A stretch of DNA of 64,000 bases from Opitutia bacterium (GTDB lineage: Bacteria > Verrucomicrobiota > Verrucomicrobiia > Opitutales > Opitutaceae): contig CANJVR010000003.1 of NCBI GenBank assembly GCA_947478395.1, positions 160,001 through 224,000 of the forward strand, written 5' to 3'. Positions 63,849 through 64,000 of this stretch are shown here, in pieces. The translations under genes and the position numbers were made by a program. How positions within the stretch are numbered: the stretch's first letter is position 1; every line of letters begins with the position of its first letter. The notes under the pieces are model-generated. The model had not been told where the DNA came from, ran no database searches, and saw only the letters and a list, made by a program, of their open reading frames with translations.

Positions 63849-64000
63849 CTACCGCTGCAAGGTGATCACACACTCCAAATGCCGCGTCTGGGGGAAAAGG
63901 TCGAAGGGTTGCACGTCGGTCAGGGTGTAGCCCGCGGCGAGAAAACTTTTCAGGTCTCGCATCTGCGTCGCCGGGTCGCAACTCACGTAGACGACGGCGC
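63849..64000 (-). CDS. RlmD/TrmA-family RNA (uracil-5)-methyltransferase, C-terminal end (partial)
   Basis: Manual translation VVYVSCDPATQMRDL...PFDLFPQTRHLECV. Confidence 0.9.
   Translation of the reverse strand, partial: AVVYVSCDPATQMRDLKSFLAAGYTLTDVQPFDLFPQTRHLECVITLQR

Overview
A GC-rich bacterial chromosomal window, most consistent with Verrucomicrobiota (Opitutaceae-like). This is inferred from gene content and style: an Ig-repeat surface protein with a duplicated C-terminal domain, large TonB receptors, a sulfatase and an RRM protein. It is mostly core and metabolic genome: an addB-like fragment, rpsT, RNase P RNA (rnpB), gyrB-gyrA, deoxynucleoside catabolism (pdp, rbsK, deoC and a split aldehyde dehydrogenase), purEK, dusB, a DEAD-box/RRM/Hsp15 cluster, upp and an rlmD-like fragment. 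It also holds two TonB-receptor loci and a five-gene envelope operon (PEGA, CsgG-like, TPR lipoprotein, YcfL, LpoB). I saw no CRISPR array, prophage, tRNA/rRNA or transposase. Points missed by the ORF track: (1) a hicB-hicA module inside the gyrB-gyrA operon whose toxin has a single amber stop at a normally Trp codon; (2) four copies of a 70-bp GTAG-type palindrome, two of them within a ~132-bp MITE-like unit, all between convergent genes; (3) a second family of 9-10-bp-periodic palindromes; (4) a recurring promoter-like pattern 6-9 nt before start codons, suggesting widespread leaderless mRNAs; (5) putative Pho boxes; (6) an EF-hand-like loop in a TonB receptor; (7) an FGE-domain/PL11-lyase fusion; (8) an extra helix in the RNase P RNA. 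All family assignments come from motif recognition by eye, not database searches.
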